A stretch of 64,000 bases of DNA from Bacteroidia bacterium (lineage in GTDB: Bacteria; Bacteroidota; Ignavibacteria; UBA10030), in NCBI GenBank assembly GCA_022180565.1, contig BQML01000019.1, positions 19,381 to 83,380 on the forward strand, given 5' to 3'. Position 1 is the first letter of the stretch, and every line of letters starts with the position of its first letter. Position numbers and translations under genes: made by a program. Under the pieces are notes generated by a model. It was not told the DNA's origin. It made no database searches and saw only the letters and a program-made list of their open reading frames with translations. Below, one piece after another: positions 1 through 11,593 of this stretch.

Positions 1-5
1 CTTCT

Positions 6-119
6 CTATCCCTGCCGTTGCTTGTGTTTTGGATTCTTGCAGATCACGCGTACAGTACCCTTCCGCCGAATGACCTTACAGTTATCGCATAATTTCTTGA
101 TGGACGAGCGCACTTTCAT
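6..119 (-). CDS. rpmJ: 50S ribosomal protein L36 (Zn-ribbon form); not in ORF track because <60 aa
   Basis: Reverse-complement of 6..119 translates [37 protein letters not shown] (37 aa, C-x2-C-x12-C-x4-H zinc motif), ATG at 119, TAG at 6-8, GAGGT RBS upstream; canonical position after infA. Confidence 0.85.
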   Translation of the reverse strand: MKVRSSIKKLCDNCKVIRRKGTVRVICKNPKHKQRQG

Positions 120-130
120 AAGGGGTTACC

Positions 131-349
131 TCACTTGTAGCGGTACACAATGCGACCCTTCGTCAGATCGTACGGTGACATTTCCACCGTCACTCTGTCT
201 CCCACAAGGATCTTGATATAATGCATTCTCATTTTTCCGGAGATATGGGCCAGGATCTCCACGCCGTTGTCAAGCTTCACCCGAAACGTCGCGTTGGGAA
301 GCGTTTCAGTAATAACACCATCGACTTTAATGGGACCCTGTTTTGCCAT
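131..349 (-). CDS. infA: translation initiation factor IF-1
   Basis: 72 aa [26 protein letters not shown]...; typical IF-1 S1-like sequence and length. Confidence 0.95.
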   Translation of the reverse strand: MAKQGPIKVDGVITETLPNATFRVKLDNGVEILAHISGKMRMHYIKILVGDRVTVEMSPYDLTKGRIVYRYK

Positions 350-1104
350 CAGCGCGTGAGGATCTCCGGATTTCCGTTAACGATTGCTATCGTATGTTCA
401 AAGTGTGCCGATGCTTTTCCGTCGAGCGTGACCACGGTCCATCCGTCGGACAGAAAGCGAACTTCCCACGTTCCGGCGTTCACCATCGGTTCAATGGCCA
501 GAGTCATGCCGTTCTTCAGCACCTCGCCTTGCCCCTTGCGGCCGAAATTGGGAACGCTGGGTTCTTCGTGAAGCTTCTTTCCCACCCCGTGTCCCACAAG
601 GTCCCGAACCACGGAGAAGCCATTGGCTTCCACATGCTCCTGAATGGCGTGGGAGATGTCCTCAACATGGTTCCCGGCTCTTGCCTGTTCGATTCCTTTG
701 CTCAGAGCCTCCCGCGTCACCCTGAGCAAGCGTTCCTTCTCCGGCGAAACTTTGCCCACGCGGAAGGACCGCGCTCCGTCGCCATAGAATCCGTTCTTCT
801 TGACACCCACATCCACCGAGAGGATCTCGCCTTCGTTCAGGACCCTGCGTCCGGGAATCCCGTGCACGACCTCGGAGTCCACCGAGGTGCACAGAGCGGC
901 TGGAAACGGATTGTTCCTCGGCCCGTACCCCTTGAAGGCCGGCGACCCGCCTCGAGACCGGATATGATCTTCCGCGGCTTCGTTCAACTCCGCAGTCGTT
1001 ACGCCCGGTTTCACCATCGCTTCGACCAGATCGAGAACCTCCGCTACAATGCGGGAACTCTCACGGATATGGTCAATTTCATTCTTGGTTTTCACCAGAA
1101 TCAT
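349..1104 (-). CDS. map: type I methionine aminopeptidase
   Basis: 251 aa, MAP N-terminus [24 protein letters not shown] and metal-binding D/H/E pattern; sits between secY and infA (no adk). Confidence 0.9.
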   Translation of the reverse strand: MILVKTKNEIDHIRESSRIVAEVLDLVEAMVKPGVTTAELNEAAEDHIRSRGGSPAFKGYGPRNNPFPAALCTSVDSEVVHGIPGRRVLNEGEILSVDVGVKKNGFYGDGARSFRVGKVSPEKERLLRVTREALSKGIEQARAGNHVEDISHAIQEHVEANGFSVVRDLVGHGVGKKLHEEPSVPNFGRKGQGEVLKNGMTLAIEPMVNAGTWEVRFLSDGWTVVTLDGKASAHFEHTIAIVNGNPEILTR

Positions 1105-1109
1105 GGAGC

Positions 1110-2438
1110 TTACGCGCGCCGGCCGCGCAGCTTACCGCTCTTCATAAATCCATCATAGTGGCGCATGAGCAAGTGCGACTCCACCTGCTGAAGCGTATCA
1201 AGAGCCACACCCACGACGATCAGGAGACTCGTACCGCCGAAGAATGACGCGAAATTCGGGGTTACGCCGGCTTTGATCATCATGGTCGGCAAAATCGCCA
1301 CCAGGGCGAGAAAGATTGAACCGGGCAGAGTAATCTTCGTCAAAATGTTGTCGATGAAATCCGCCGTATGCGAGCCCGGACGGATGCCCGGAATAAAACC
1401 GCCCTGCCGTTTCATGTTATCCGCTACATCCTTCGGATTGAAGGCAATGGCGGTGTAGAAATAGGTAAAGAAGACGATCATCAATCCATAGATGATGGAG
1501 TACGTCCAGGACGTATAATTGAACCAACTCGTGTTGAGCTCGTTGATAAAATCACTCTCGGGAAAGAACGAGAAGATGATCTGCGGAACGAACATGATTG
1601 CCTGAGCGAAGATGATCGGCATGACCCCTGCCGTGTTGACTCTCAACGGGATGTATTGCGTCACGCCTCCGTAGACCTTTCGCCCCACGACTCTCTTTGC
1701 GTACTGCACCGGGATTCTTCGTGTCCCTTGAGTCACAAGCACGACGCCGCTGACCACAAGGCCCATGAGGCCGACCAGCACGAGTTCGATGATCAGGTTT
1801 TGACCGAGCCGGAACTCTTCGATGACCGAGGTGGGAAACCGAGCGACGATGCCGATAAAGATGATCAACGAGATGCCGTTTCCGATCCCGCGTTCCGTGA
1901 TTTGCTCTCCCATCCACATCATGAAGATTGTTCCCGCCGTCAGACAGATCACCGTGCTGATGGCGAATCCCAATCCCTGCACTTCGACCGGGACGATCGG
2001 ACCTTCGGGTGTCGTCGTATTGACGAGCTTCACCACGACTCCGCTGGCCTGCAGGACCGAGATCAAAACAGTGCCGTAGCGTGTGTACTGGGTAATTTTC
2101 TTCCGCCCATCCTCCCCTTCCTTTTGCAGTTTCTGGAAATACGGAACGACGGCGCCTAACAGCTGGATGACAATCGAGGCGCTGATATACGGCATGATAC
2201 CCAGAGCAAAGACGGCAGCGTTGCTGAACGCGCCTCCGACAAACAGATCATACAGTCCGAAGAGCGTGTTCTCGGAGCTTCGGCGAATCGTGTCTGCCAG
2301 CAGGACGGCGTCCACACCCGGAAGCGTAATGTGAGAGCCGATCCGCACAACGACCAGCAGAACCGCCGTGTAGAACAGACGATCCCTCAGCTCCTGAATC
2401 TTGAAAATGTTCGTAAACGTCTCGGTCAGCTTGCTCAT
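1110..2438 (-). CDS. secY: preprotein translocase subunit SecY
   Basis: 442 aa polytopic membrane protein, SecY motifs (GIMPYISASI, RIPVQYAKR). Confidence 0.95.
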   Translation of the reverse strand: MSKLTETFTNIFKIQELRDRLFYTAVLLVVVRIGSHITLPGVDAVLLADTIRRSSENTLFGLYDLFVGGAFSNAAVFALGIMPYISASIVIQLLGAVVPYFQKLQKEGEDGRKKITQYTRYGTVLISVLQASGVVVKLVNTTTPEGPIVPVEVQGLGFAISTVICLTAGTIFMMWMGEQITERGIGNGISLIIFIGIVARFPTSVIEEFRLGQNLIIELVLVGLMGLVVSGVVLVTQGTRRIPVQYAKRVVGRKVYGGVTQYIPLRVNTAGVMPIIFAQAIMFVPQIIFSFFPESDFINELNTSWFNYTSWTYSIIYGLMIVFFTYFYTAIAFNPKDVADNMKRQGGFIPGIRPGSHTADFIDNILTKITLPGSIFLALVAILPTMMIKAGVTPNFASFFGGTSLLIVVGVALDTLQQVESHLLMRHYDGFMKSGKLRGRRA

Positions 2439-2464
2439 CGAGGAGTATCTTCAGGGCTTGCGCG

Positions 2465-2929
2465 TTATGAAAGAACAGACACCTTCCCGCCCGCCGCTTC
2501 GATCTTGCTCACGGCGGATTTGCTGAACGCGTGAGCGGAGATTTCCACTTTTGCCTTCAGATCCCCATTTCCGAGGATCTTCACTTTTTCGTTCTTTTTA
2601 GAAATCACTCCGGCCTTGAACAGGGTTTCGGGGGTTACCGGATTGGAGAGCCGCTTTTCTGCAAACAGCTTCTCCAGAATCTCCACATTGATAATCTGCG
2701 GTTCCTGCCGATTGCGCGGAGTAAAGCCGAATTTCGGCAGTCTTCGCGTGAGCGGCATTTGGCCGCCTTCAAACCAGAGCCGGAACTTGTGACCGGAGCG
2801 GGATTTCGCACCCTTGTGGCCGCGGGTTGCCGTCTTTCCATGCCCGGAACCTTGCCCGCGTCCGATTCTCTTGGTCTTTTTCCTCGATCCCGTCGCAGGG
2901 CGGAGGTTATTCAAAACGTCGTTCGTCAT
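2465..2929 (-). CDS. rplO: 50S ribosomal protein L15
   Basis: 154 aa, G/R/K-rich N-terminus RGQGSGHGKTATRGHKG typical of L15. Confidence 0.9.
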   Translation of the reverse strand: MTNDVLNNLRPATGSRKKTKRIGRGQGSGHGKTATRGHKGAKSRSGHKFRLWFEGGQMPLTRRLPKFGFTPRNRQEPQIINVEILEKLFAEKRLSNPVTPETLFKAGVISKKNEKVKILGNGDLKAKVEISAHAFSKSAVSKIEAAGGKVSVLS

Positions 2930-2939
2930 ATCCAGATCC

Positions 2940-3125
2940 TTACTTCACTTCCTCGACCCGGACGAGGTGACGGACAATGTTGATCATTCCGCGCACCTGC
3001 GGGGTGTCGTTCTTGATGACAGAGTAGTTCGGCCGTCCCAGGCCAAGGGCTTTGATGGTCCTCTTCGCCTTCTCAAGCTGTTCGATTGTGCTCTTGATCT
3101 GTGTGATTTTGATTTTGCCCGCCAT
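2940..3125 (-). CDS. rpmD: 50S ribosomal protein L30
   Basis: 61 aa MAGKIKITQIKSTIEQLEKAKRTIKALGL; canonical position between rpsE and rplO. Confidence 0.85.
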   Translation of the reverse strand: MAGKIKITQIKSTIEQLEKAKRTIKALGLGRPNYSVIKNDTPQVRGMINIVRHLVRVEEVK

Positions 3126-3127
3126 CG

Positions 3128-3643
3128 TTATGCCGTCTGTTCCTGATGAAAGAGTTCTTTGAGACTCATACCGCGCCGTTGTGCTACGCTCCGAGCATCC
3201 GAAAGCGAGAGCAAGGCTTTCATGGTTGCCTTCACAACGTTGTGCGGATTGGAGGAGCCCATTTGCTTTGTCAGCACATCGCGTACGCCTGCAGATTCAA
3301 GCACCGCGCGCACACCGCCTCCCGCGATACAACCGGTTCCCGGCGAAGCAGGCTTCAGGAGAACCTTGCCTGCGCCGAATTTGCCGATGACTTCATGCGG
3401 AATGGTCCCCCGCAGGATAGGAACCCGCACGACGCTCTTCTTTGCATCCTCAACACCCTTCGCAATGGCGTCGGCGACTTCATTTGCCTTTCCGAGTCCG
3501 ATTCCCACGTGCCCGTTGCCGTCCCCTACCACCACGATGGCATTGAAACTGAACCGCCGGCCTCCCTTGACCACTTTGGCCACGCGATTGATGTGCACGA
3601 GCCGTTCCTTCAACTCAATGTCGCCTGCCTTGATCTTTGACAT
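3128..3643 (-). CDS. rpsE: 30S ribosomal protein S5
   Basis: 171 aa with S5 dsRBD and C-terminal motifs ([17 protein letters not shown]). Confidence 0.9.
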   Translation of the reverse strand: MSKIKAGDIELKERLVHINRVAKVVKGGRRFSFNAIVVVGDGNGHVGIGLGKANEVADAIAKGVEDAKKSVVRVPILRGTIPHEVIGKFGAGKVLLKPASPGTGCIAGGGVRAVLESAGVRDVLTKQMGSSNPHNVVKATMKALLSLSDARSVAQRRGMSLKELFHQEQTA

Positions 3644-3659
3644 ACGTTCGTTTCCGTCT

Positions 3660-4028
3660 TTAGAATTTTAATCCGGCTTCACGCGCCCCATCCGCCACGG
3701 CTTTTACACGACCGTGGTACAGGTAGCCACTGCGGTCAAACACCACTTCCGTGATGTTCTGTTCGAGTGCCTTCTTCGCCGCAACCATTCCAACCAGCCG
3801 GCACACTTCCATCGATGATTTCGCATCTTTCATCTGATCCCGCACGTCTTTGGAAAGAGAGGACGCCGAGACGATCGTGCGTCCTTGCACGTCGTCGATG
3901 ATCTGCGCGTAGATGTGCTTCAGGCTGCGGTAGACTGCAAGCCGGGGTCGCGAGGTGTTCCCCTGGATCTTCGTGCGAATTCGGCCTTTTCGCCGCATCC
4001 GGCGTTCGAGTGTGTTCTTCAGAATCAT
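3660..4028 (-). CDS. rplR: 50S ribosomal protein L18
   Basis: 122 aa, L18 signature [20 protein letters not shown]. Confidence 0.9.
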   Translation of the reverse strand: MILKNTLERRMRRKGRIRTKIQGNTSRPRLAVYRSLKHIYAQIIDDVQGRTIVSASSLSKDVRDQMKDAKSSMEVCRLVGMVAAKKALEQNITEVVFDRSGYLYHGRVKAVADGAREAGLKF

Positions 4029-4045
4029 GTGTTCCTCACAACTGA

Positions 4046-4594
4046 TTACTTGGCTGCAGTGGCAGCGGCTTTGCCGGCTTTCCGACGGATGTATTCACCC
4101 TCGTACTTCACACCCTTCCCCTTATAGGGTTCGGGGGGACGGAAGGATCGAATTTTCGCCGCCACGAGTCCCACGAGCTGTTTGTCAATGCCCGAAATCG
4201 TGATGTTCGTCTGTGACGGCGTCTCAATCTTAATGCCTTCCGGCGGCCCGAAGAGAATCGGGTGTGAATAGCCCAACAGCAGATGGAGCTTCCGACCTTT
4301 CATTTCGGCCCGGTAGCCGACGCCGACGATCTCCAGTTTCTTCGAGTAACCCTCGGTTACCCCTGTAACCATGTTCTGGATCAGCGCCCGCCACAATCCG
4401 TGCACGGCGCGTGTTTCCTTCTCATCGTTTTTGCGTGTCACCACCACCTCGGTTCCTTTCACCTCAAGCCCGACGGAGCGGTGAATTCTGGCAGAGAGTT
4501 CTCCCTTGGGACCTTTGACGTTCACCATCCCGTTGTGCACGGTGACCGAGGCACCTTTGACGATTTGAATTGGTTTTTTCCCTACTCGAGACAC
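4046..4594 (-). CDS. rplF: 50S ribosomal protein L6
   Basis: 182 aa [19 protein letters not shown], two L6 repeats. Confidence 0.9.
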   Translation of the reverse strand: MSRVGKKPIQIVKGASVTVHNGMVNVKGPKGELSARIHRSVGLEVKGTEVVVTRKNDEKETRAVHGLWRALIQNMVTGVTEGYSKKLEIVGVGYRAEMKGRKLHLLLGYSHPILFGPPEGIKIETPSQTNITISGIDKQLVGLVAAKIRSFRPPEPYKGKGVKYEGEYIRRKAGKAAATAAK

Positions 4595-4655
4595 GATCTC
4601 TTCTCCCGATGTAAAACTCTAATGAAGCGATTGGAATATTGGGTGCACCCAACCA

Positions 4656-5048
4656 CTACCAGACAAATGCCAGGACTTCGCCACCGACGTTTTCTTTGCG
4701 GGCCCGCGTGTCGGTCATGACCCCTCTGGAGGTCGAGACAATCGCCACACCAAGTCCACCCATCACGCGGGGCATGTCGGCCGTGCGGCGGTACTGACGG
4801 ATTCCCGGCTTGCTCACGCGCCGGAGACCGGTGATCACGGGTTTCCCTTCGTTGTATTTCAAATTGATGCGCAGGATTCCCTGTTTTCCGTCCTCAAGAA
4901 CCGTGAAGTTTGCGATGTACTTCTCTTCAAGGAGAATCTGCGCCATCGCCTTTTTTAAGCCTGAGGCGGGGATGTCCACGCGACGATGCCGCGCCTTGAC
5001 GGCGTTACGGATTCGCGTCAAAAAATCTGCAATGGGATCGGTCGGCAT
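4656..5048 (-). CDS. rpsH: 30S ribosomal protein S8
   Basis: 130 aa [16 protein letters not shown] (S8 signature). Confidence 0.9.
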   Translation of the reverse strand: MPTDPIADFLTRIRNAVKARHRRVDIPASGLKKAMAQILLEEKYIANFTVLEDGKQGILRINLKYNEGKPVITGLRRVSKPGIRQYRRTADMPRVMGGLGVAIVSTSRGVMTDTRARKENVGGEVLAFVW

Positions 5049-5089
5049 ACGGCGAACTCTACTCCTGTCTTATCATCCAACGTATTGTT

Positions 5090-5275
5090 TTACCAGCTGG
5101 CTTTTCTCAGTCCGGGAACCTTGCCCTCGAGGGCAAGTCCGCGCAGGCAGATACGGCAGACGCCAAACTTCCGGTAGTACGCCCGGGGCCTTCCGCAGAT
5201 GTTACAGCGATTATGTTTCCGGACCTTGTATTTCGGCGTTTTCTTCGCCTTGACCATCATCGCTAAACGTGCCAA
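5090..5275 (-). CDS. rpsZ: 30S ribosomal protein S14 type Z (zinc-binding short form)
   Basis: 61 aa with CNICGRP...CRIC (C-x2-C-x12-C-x2-C). Confidence 0.9.
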   Translation of the reverse strand: MARLAMMVKAKKTPKYKVRKHNRCNICGRPRAYYRKFGVCRICLRGLALEGKVPGLRKASW

Positions 5276-5290
5276 ACGACTTCCTCCGTG

Positions 5291-5935
5291 CTATGCCTGT
5301 GTGCCAGGCGTTTGAAGAACCTCCTGCCGCTTTACGAACGGTACTCCCAGGGATTTCAGCAATTCGTAAGCCTCAAGATCCGTTTCCGCGGTGGTCACAA
5401 AGGTGATGTCCATTCCTGAAATCCGGGAGACCTTGTCCACGTCGACTTCCGGGAAGATGATCTGCTCCTTGATGCCGACGGTGTAGTTGCCGTGTCCATC
5501 GAAAGACTTGTCGGAGACGCCTCTGAAATCGCGAACACGGGGAAGGGCGACATTGATGAACCGGTCCAAAAACTCGTACATCCGCGCCCGTCTCAGCGTC
5601 ACGCGACATCCGATGGGAATGCCTTCGCGCAGCTTGAAGTTTGAAATCGCCTTCTTGGCTCTCGTGACGACGGCTTTTTGTCCTGTGATGGCTTCCAACT
5701 CCTTGACTGCCGTATCGAGCATTTTCGGATCCTGAGTCGCTTTGCCGACGCCGATGTTCACCGAGATCTTCTCCAGGCGCGGCACCTGCATGACGCTCTT
5801 GTACCGAAAACGCTTCATCATTTGCCCGACAATTTCCTTGCGGTAATGGACCCACAGACGCGCCGGCGTCGGCGCGGCCGCCTTGGGCTGGTCTTTGGAT
5901 TTCTGCTGTTTTTCAGATTTTTCCTTCGCCATCAA
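5291..5935 (-). CDS. rplE: 50S ribosomal protein L5 (with ~25-aa Lys-rich N-terminal extension if first start is used)
   Basis: 214 aa; conserved L5 core begins [33 protein letters not shown]; no in-frame Met between ORF start and core so the extension or an unlisted alternative start applies. Confidence 0.85.
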   Translation of the reverse strand: MMAKEKSEKQQKSKDQPKAAAPTPARLWVHYRKEIVGQMMKRFRYKSVMQVPRLEKISVNIGVGKATQDPKMLDTAVKELEAITGQKAVVTRAKKAISNFKLREGIPIGCRVTLRRARMYEFLDRFINVALPRVRDFRGVSDKSFDGHGNYTVGIKEQIIFPEVDVDKVSRISGMDITFVTTAETDLEAYELLKSLGVPFVKRQEVLQTPGTQA

Positions 5936-5948
5936 CGTCTCCGATACC

Positions 5949-6272
5949 TTAGAACATCTCGTTACATTTTCTGCAAACGCGCATCTTCTTGTCTTTTCCG
6001 CTTGTCGCGTCTTTCACCGTCGATCGTCCGATCCGTGTTGTCTTACCGCATTTCGGACACACCACCATCACATTCGAAACATGAATCGGGGCCTCTTTCT
6101 GGACGATACCGCCCTGAGGATTCTTTTGCGAGGGGCGTGAATGTCTCTTCACGACGTTCACCCCTTCGATAATAATACGCGATCGTTCGGGGAACACCTT
6201 CAGCACCTTCCCCTGCTTCCCGAGGGCATTGCCTGCAACCACTTTCACCGTATCGTTTTTCTGAATATTCAT
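5949..6272 (-). CDS. rplX: 50S ribosomal protein L24
   Basis: 107 aa [26 protein letters not shown] (KOW motif). Confidence 0.9.
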   Translation of the reverse strand: MNIQKNDTVKVVAGNALGKQGKVLKVFPERSRIIIEGVNVVKRHSRPSQKNPQGGIVQKEAPIHVSNVMVVCPKCGKTTRIGRSTVKDATSGKDKKMRVCRKCNEMF

Positions 6273-6281
6273 CGTTGATTC

Positions 6282-6650
6282 CTACAGTACTTCCGGTGCG
6301 AGCGAGATGATCTTCATGAACTGGCGTTCGCGAAGCTCCCGCGCCACGGGTCCGAAAATCCGCGTCCCGCGCGGCTCCCCTTGTTGGTTCAGAAGGACGG
6401 CGGCATTCTCATCGAACCGGATGTACGACCCGTCCTTTCTTCTGACTTCCTTCTTCGTGCGGACGACCACCGCTCGCGACACATCCCCTTTCTTAACCGG
6501 TGCGCCCGGGATGGCGCTCTTGACGGAGACGACGATCAGATCACCGAGGGTAGCATACCGTTTGTCGTGCCCTCCCAGGACCCGGATACACCGGATCTTC
6601 TTGGCTCCGGAGTTATCCGCAACAACAAGATTTGTTTCTTCCTGAATCAT
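6282..6650 (-). CDS. rplN: 50S ribosomal protein L14
   Basis: 122 aa [27 protein letters not shown] (L14 signature). Confidence 0.95.
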   Translation of the reverse strand: MIQEETNLVVADNSGAKKIRCIRVLGGHDKRYATLGDLIVVSVKSAIPGAPVKKGDVSRAVVVRTKKEVRRKDGSYIRFDENAAVLLNQQGEPRGTRIFGPVARELRERQFMKIISLAPEVL

Positions 6651-6676
6651 TTTCTGCTACTCCTTGCGTTCCGGGC

Positions 6677-6967
6677 CTATTTCGCTTTTTGAATGATTTC
6701 TACGAGTCTCCACCGCTTTCGCTTGCTCAGGGGTCTCGTTTCGGCGATGCGCACCAGGTCTCCAATGCCGGCCTCGCGTTTTTCGTCGTGGGCCATCAGC
6801 TTGGCGGTCCGTCGAAAGTATTTCTTGTAGAGGGGGTGCGGTACCTTTCTCTCAATGGCCACCACAATGCTCTTCTGCATCTTGTTACTCACCACTGTGC
6901 CCACCCTGACTTTCCGCCGTCCCCGCTCCGGCATCTTTTCTGCCGGCGTCATGGATTCCGTTGTCAT
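6677..6967 (-). CDS. rpsQ: 30S ribosomal protein S17
   Basis: 96 aa; S17 core [23 protein letters not shown]; first start overlaps rpmC stop by 4 nt, alternative start at MPERG (6934). Confidence 0.85.
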   Translation of the reverse strand: MTTESMTPAEKMPERGRRKVRVGTVVSNKMQKSIVVAIERKVPHPLYKKYFRRTAKLMAHDEKREAGIGDLVRIAETRPLSKRKRWRLVEIIQKAK

Positions 6968-7191
6968 TTCGTATTGGCTCCTGCTGTCTCCGCCGCGGCC
7001 TTCTGGAGCTCCCGCTCCCGGAGAATGGTTTTCATACGCGCAATATCCTTCCGGAGATGACGGATGCTCATGGGGTTCTCGAGTTGACTCAGCACCTGCT
7101 GGAACCGCAGACCCGCGAGGCTTTCCTCGTTCTCCTTGATGCGTTTTTTCAGTTCTTCGTCAGACAACTGACGGATTTCCAGTGGCTTCAT
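6964..7191 (-). CDS. rpmC: 50S ribosomal protein L29
   Basis: 75 aa [25 protein letters not shown] (L29 helical). Confidence 0.85.
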   Translation of the reverse strand: MKPLEIRQLSDEELKKRIKENEESLAGLRFQQVLSQLENPMSIRHLRKDIARMKTILRERELQKAAAETAGANTK

Positions 7192-7197
7192 GATGAT

Positions 7198-7617
7198 CTA
7201 CCCTTCGAGATCAACGCGTGTGACGAACTTTGTTTTGATCGGCAATTTGTGCGCTGCAAGTCTCAGGGCTTCTTCGGCGACCGACTTCGTGACGCCGCCG
7301 AGTTCAAACAACACACGACCGGGTTTCACGACCGAGACCCAGAACTCCGGAATTCCCTTTCCAGACCCCATGCGCGTTTCCGCCGGCTTCTTCGTTACGG
7401 GCTTGTCCGGAAAGATCCTGATCCAGACCTTGCCCTCCCGCTTCATCATGCGGGTGAGCGCAACCCGCGAGGCCTCGATTTGCCTCTGGGTGATCCACCC
7501 TGGCTCAAGAGCTTTCAGTCCGTAATCTCCGAACGCCACGCTGGCGCCGCGGGTGGCTTTTCCTGTCATCCGTCCTCGTTGGGCCTTGCGAAACTTCACT
7601 CGTTTGGGCATCAACAT
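7198..7617 (-). CDS. rplP: 50S ribosomal protein L16
   Basis: 139 aa [24 protein letters not shown] (L16 signature). Confidence 0.95.
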   Translation of the reverse strand: MLMPKRVKFRKAQRGRMTGKATRGASVAFGDYGLKALEPGWITQRQIEASRVALTRMMKREGKVWIRIFPDKPVTKKPAETRMGSGKGIPEFWVSVVKPGRVLFELGGVTKSVAEEALRLAAHKLPIKTKFVTRVDLEG

Positions 7618-7638
7618 ACAGCATTGCTCCTCTTCAGT

Positions 7639-8274
7639 TTACCGGGCCGGGCCAAGAATTTCGCCCTTGCAGATCCATACTTTGACACCGATCGCCCCGT
7701 AGATTGTCCTCGCGGTCGCTGTGGCATAATCGATGTCGGCTCTAATCGTTTGCAGAGGAATCCGGCCTTCCTTGTATTGTTCCGTCCGTGCGATGTCGGA
7801 GCCGCCGAGTCGTCCGGCGGTCATCACTCTGACACCCTCGGCGCCCATGCGCATGGCCGCGGTGATCGCTTGCTTCATGGCGCGGCGGAAGGAGATTCTG
7901 CCTTCGAGTTGTCCTGCGATCGTTTCAGCCACAAGGTGCGCATCCAGCTCCGGCCGCTTGATCTCATTGATGAGAATCTTGACATCCTTTGACGTGATCT
8001 TTTTGAGTTCTTCCTCCAACTGGGCAATCTCTTTTCCGCTCTTGCCGATGACAATGCCGGGCCGCGAGGTATGGATGGTGATCACGGCGCGTTTTGCCGT
8101 GCGCTCGATCTGAATTCTGGAGATCCCCGCTTTCTTGAGGCGGTTGCGGACATAGTTCCGCACCATGAGATCTTCCTGCAGTTTTTCTTTGAATCCTCGC
8201 TCGTCGTACCAGTTGGAATCCCAGGTACGCGTGATCCCGAGGCGAAATCCCAGCGGATTGGTTTTTTGACCCAA
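7639..8274 (-). CDS. rpsC: 30S ribosomal protein S3
   Basis: 211 aa [23 protein letters not shown] (S3 KH domain). Confidence 0.95.
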   Translation of the reverse strand: MGQKTNPLGFRLGITRTWDSNWYDERGFKEKLQEDLMVRNYVRNRLKKAGISRIQIERTAKRAVITIHTSRPGIVIGKSGKEIAQLEEELKKITSKDVKILINEIKRPELDAHLVAETIAGQLEGRISFRRAMKQAITAAMRMGAEGVRVMTAGRLGGSDIARTEQYKEGRIPLQTIRADIDYATATARTIYGAIGVKVWICKGEILGPAR

Positions 8275-8286
8275 GCGATCCTCCGT

Positions 8287-8760
8287 TCAGGCTTTTTCAG
8301 CCTTTTTGGTTTTCGGCTTTGTTTTTGCCGCAGTCCTCGTTGCCTTCTTTCCGGGTTCTGCGGCAACAGACGCTTCCGGCGCGGCGGCTTTTTTCGGCGC
8401 GGGGGCCGGCGTTCTGGCCTCACGCCGTGCTACGACAATCGTGATGTGGTTTGAGCGCTTTCGGATCCGGTAGGCCCGCCCCATCGGCGCCGGGCTGATG
8501 CGCTTCAGCGTCGGCCCGCCGTCGACAAAAGCCGTTTTGACGTACAACTCTCCCAGATCCACTCGCCCGCCCTCATCCTTATTCTGAAAATTCGAGATAG
8601 CAGACCGCAACGTATGTTCCGCCGTGCGTGCGGCATGCTTTGGCTGGAAGTGCAGAATGGTCAGGGCATCCTCAACGCCGCGCCCGCGAATGAGGTCGAT
8701 GACCAATCGCATTTTTCGGGGCGATGTGCCGACATATCGATTGATTGCTCGTGCTTCCAT
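8287..8760 (-). CDS. rplV: 50S ribosomal protein L22 with ~45-aa Ala/Lys/Pro-rich C-terminal tail
   Basis: 157 aa; L22 core MEARAINRYVGTSPRKMRLV... followed by ARREARTPAPAPKKAAAPEASVAAEPGKKATRTAAKTKPKTKKAEKA. Confidence 0.9.
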   Translation of the reverse strand: MEARAINRYVGTSPRKMRLVIDLIRGRGVEDALTILHFQPKHAARTAEHTLRSAISNFQNKDEGGRVDLGELYVKTAFVDGGPTLKRISPAPMGRAYRIRKRSNHITIVVARREARTPAPAPKKAAAPEASVAAEPGKKATRTAAKTKPKTKKAEKA

Positions 8761-8772
8761 GCAACTTTTTCC

Positions 8773-9060
8773 TTACGCGGGCGTTGTCGTTTTTTCCGAT
8801 TTGATTCCCGGGTGTCCGCGAAACAGCCTCGTCGGTGCGAACTCGCCGAGCTTGTGACCCACCATGGCCTCCGTGACATAGACGGGAATGAACTTGTTTC
8901 CATTATGCACGGCAAACGTGTGTCCGACGAATTCGGGAATCACGGTGCAATCGCGGGCCCAGGTCTTGAGCACCTTCTTCTGGTTCGCTTTGTTCAGCGC
9001 CTCCACGCGCTTTGCCAGCTTTTCGTCTATATATGGACCCTTCTTGAGCGAACGGCTCAT
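8773..9060 (-). CDS. rpsS: 30S ribosomal protein S19
   Basis: 95 aa [23 protein letters not shown] (S19 signature). Confidence 0.95.
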   Translation of the reverse strand: MSRSLKKGPYIDEKLAKRVEALNKANQKKVLKTWARDCTVIPEFVGHTFAVHNGNKFIPVYVTEAMVGHKLGEFAPTRLFRGHPGIKSEKTTTPA

Positions 9061-9071
9061 GATCTCCTCAA

Positions 9072-9905
9072 TTACTTGCGTCGTTTGACAATCAGTTTTG
9101 TGGAGTGCAGACGTTTTCGGCGCGTCTTGAGACCCTTGGCGTATTGCCCCCAGGGCGATTCCGGGTGCTGCCAGCCGCCGCCGGACTTCGACCTGCCCTC
9201 TCCTCCGCCCATCGGATGGTCAACCGGGTTCATAGCCATCCCGCGCGTTTGCGGGCGAATTCCCAGCCACCGAAAGCGGCCTGCTTTCCCGTAGCTGATG
9301 TTCTCATGATCGGCGTTCCCGACGACGCCGATCGTCGCATAGCAGTCCGCGCGAACCTTCCGCACCTCACCCGAGGGGAGTTTCAGGGTCGCAAGGTCGC
9401 CCTCTTTTGCCATCAGTTGGAGCGAGTTCCCCGCGCTCCGCCCCATCTGCCCTCCTTTTCCCGGTCTCAACTCGACGTTATGAACGAATGTGCCGACCGG
9501 TACGGACTTCAGCGGAATGGCGTTCCCCGTTTCGACTTCGCCGTCGGGCCCCGACATCACTTTCGCTCCGACCTTGAGCCCGTCGGGAGCAAGAATGTAC
9601 CTCTTCTCACCGTCCGCGTACGTCAGCAGAGCAATTCTTGCAGAACGGTTTGGATCGTATTCAATCGCTGTCACCGTGGCGGGGATTCCGTGCTTCTCGC
9701 GCTTGAAATCAATTACTCTGTACCGCCGCTTGTGTCCGCCCCCGCGATGCCGCGAGGTGATGCGCCCAAGGTTGTTCCGACCTCCGGACTTCTTCAACGG
9801 CCTCAGGAGGGATTTCTCCGGCTTCTCCTTGGTGATCTCCTCAAACGTCGAAACCGAGGCGAACCTCGTTCCCGGCGTCATCGGTCTGAGTTTTCTGATG
9901 GCCAT
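9072..9905 (-). CDS. rplB: 50S ribosomal protein L2
   Basis: 277 aa, L2 motifs [13 protein letters not shown] and HPMGGGEGR. Confidence 0.95.
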   Translation of the reverse strand: MAIRKLRPMTPGTRFASVSTFEEITKEKPEKSLLRPLKKSGGRNNLGRITSRHRGGGHKRRYRVIDFKREKHGIPATVTAIEYDPNRSARIALLTYADGEKRYILAPDGLKVGAKVMSGPDGEVETGNAIPLKSVPVGTFVHNVELRPGKGGQMGRSAGNSLQLMAKEGDLATLKLPSGEVRKVRADCYATIGVVGNADHENISYGKAGRFRWLGIRPQTRGMAMNPVDHPMGGGEGRSKSGGGWQHPESPWGQYAKGLKTRRKRLHSTKLIVKRRK

Positions 9906-9923
9906 GGCGATGCTCTTGTATTC

Positions 9924-10217
9924 CTAGACGTTCTCGAGATAATCGATCTTGTCGCCCTCTTTCAGCGTGACGAGGGCTTTCTTCCACAATCGTGTCCGTC
10001 CCTGAAAGCGGCCGCGGCGCGTGAGCTGGGTCTTTCTCTTTCCTTTCACCCGCATGGTTCGCACGCTCAGGACCGTGACGTTGAATTTCTTTTCCACGGC
10101 CCGCGCAATATCGACCTTATTGGCCTCGGCCTCCACTTCGAATGCGTACTGGCGGCGATCCTGGAGTGCCGTGATCTTTTCTGTCAGAAGCGGCCGTCGA
10201 AGGATGGTTGTCGTCAT
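9924..10217 (-). CDS. rplW: 50S ribosomal protein L23
   Basis: 97 aa, L23 fold, position between rplD and rplB; 4-nt overlap with rplD. Confidence 0.9.
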   Translation of the reverse strand: MTTTILRRPLLTEKITALQDRRQYAFEVEAEANKVDIARAVEKKFNVTVLSVRTMRVKGKRKTQLTRRGRFQGRTRLWKKALVTLKEGDKIDYLENV

Positions 10218-10858
10218 GATTCCTTGCCCGCCTTCCTCAGGGATGCTTCAAGGGATTTCAGGGCGCTCTTTTGCAGTACGAGCGTCTTGTGATTGACGAT
10301 ATCGTACGTCGACGCATTGGCCGCCTCGCGAATACTTAACGCAGGTATATTTCGTCCCGACCTCAGCAAAACGTCGTTCTTCGACGGTGTTAAGAAGAGC
10401 GTCTTCGTCCCGTGGAGAGAAAGTGCTTTGAGAACGCCGGCCATTTCCCGTGTCTTCGGCTGATCAAACGTGAAGTCCTCGACAATCTTGATCGCCTCCG
10501 CCTTGGCCTTCAGGCTGAGCGCCGAGAGGCGCGCGAGGCGCCGCAGTTTTGCAGGCACTTTTACCGCATAGTCATGGGGCTTGGGGCCAAAGATCGATCC
10601 CCCACCAACCCAAAGCGGCGAGCGGGTAGTTCCGGCCCGTGCGCGGCCTGTTTTCTTCTGGCGATACGGCTTCTTGCCGCCGCCCCGCACCTCGTTTCGC
10701 GGCTTCACCTTGTGTGTTCCCTGGCGTTGGTTGGCCATATAGGAACGAACCGCCATATAGATGGCGTGGTCGTTCGGAGTGACGCCGAAGATCGCAGGGT
10801 CGAGCGTCACTTTCTCGCCACTTGGGGAACCGTCTCTTTTCAGAACCTCGATTTGCAT
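10214..10858 (-). CDS. rplD: 50S ribosomal protein L4
   Basis: 214 aa, [30 protein letters not shown] loop typical of L4. Confidence 0.9.
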   Translation of the reverse strand: MQIEVLKRDGSPSGEKVTLDPAIFGVTPNDHAIYMAVRSYMANQRQGTHKVKPRNEVRGGGKKPYRQKKTGRARAGTTRSPLWVGGGSIFGPKPHDYAVKVPAKLRRLARLSALSLKAKAEAIKIVEDFTFDQPKTREMAGVLKALSLHGTKTLFLTPSKNDVLLRSGRNIPALSIREAANASTYDIVNHKTLVLQKSALKSLEASLRKAGKES

Positions 10859-10911
10859 TGGACTAGTCTCCGCCGAGATTGCGGCCGGGGATTCTTCCCT
10901 CCGGCCGACAC

Positions 10912-11538
10912 TCAGCCTTCCTTGACAATTTCCAGATAACTATTCACAGGCCCGGGAACCGAACCTTTCACAATGAGCAGATTCGATTCGGGAACGACTT
11001 TGACCACCGTCAGATTTCTCACGGTGACTCTCTCGTGCCCCATCCGTCCCGCCATTCGCATTCCTTTGAACACGCGCGAGGGAAACGAGCTCGAGCCGAT
11101 CGAGCCCGGGGCGCGGACACGATCAGACTGGCCGTGCGTCGTCATGCCGACGCCTCCAAAATGGTGCCGTTTCACGACACCCTGGAATCCCCTTCCCTTC
11201 GATTTGCCGGTGACGCTGACAACATCCCCCTGATGGAAGAGATCTACGCGGATTTCCGTTCCGGGCTTCAGCTCCGTCCCGTTAAAGTTCCGGAACTCGC
11301 GCAGCAGACGCATCGGCTTGACTCCTCCGCGGGCAAAATGCCCTTTGAGCGGCTTGTTCACCAGCCGTTCCTTCTTTTCGTCGAAGCCGAGCTGGACAGC
11401 ATCATAACCGTCCTTTTCCTTCGTCTTCACCTGCGTGATGGTGCAAGGACCGGCCTCGATGACGGTGCAGGGGATTGCCTGACCGTTGTCATCGAAAAGG
11501 CTTGTCATGCCCAGTTTTTTTCCTAAGATACCGCTCAC
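10912..11538 (-). CDS. rplC: 50S ribosomal protein L3
   Basis: 208 aa [32 protein letters not shown] (L3 signature). Confidence 0.9.
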   Translation of the reverse strand: MSGILGKKLGMTSLFDDNGQAIPCTVIEAGPCTITQVKTKEKDGYDAVQLGFDEKKERLVNKPLKGHFARGGVKPMRLLREFRNFNGTELKPGTEIRVDLFHQGDVVSVTGKSKGRGFQGVVKRHHFGGVGMTTHGQSDRVRAPGSIGSSSFPSRVFKGMRMAGRMGHERVTVRNLTVVKVVPESNLLIVKGSVPGPVNSYLEIVKEG

Positions 11539-11593
11539 GTTCTCGCTCCTTTGCCCGTTGTCGCGGGCTTACCGTGATCCGCCTGAACCGGCT

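Noticed and set aside
22-216. 64-aa plus-strand ORF at the window start
   Set aside because: Antisense to rpmJ and infA; no support.
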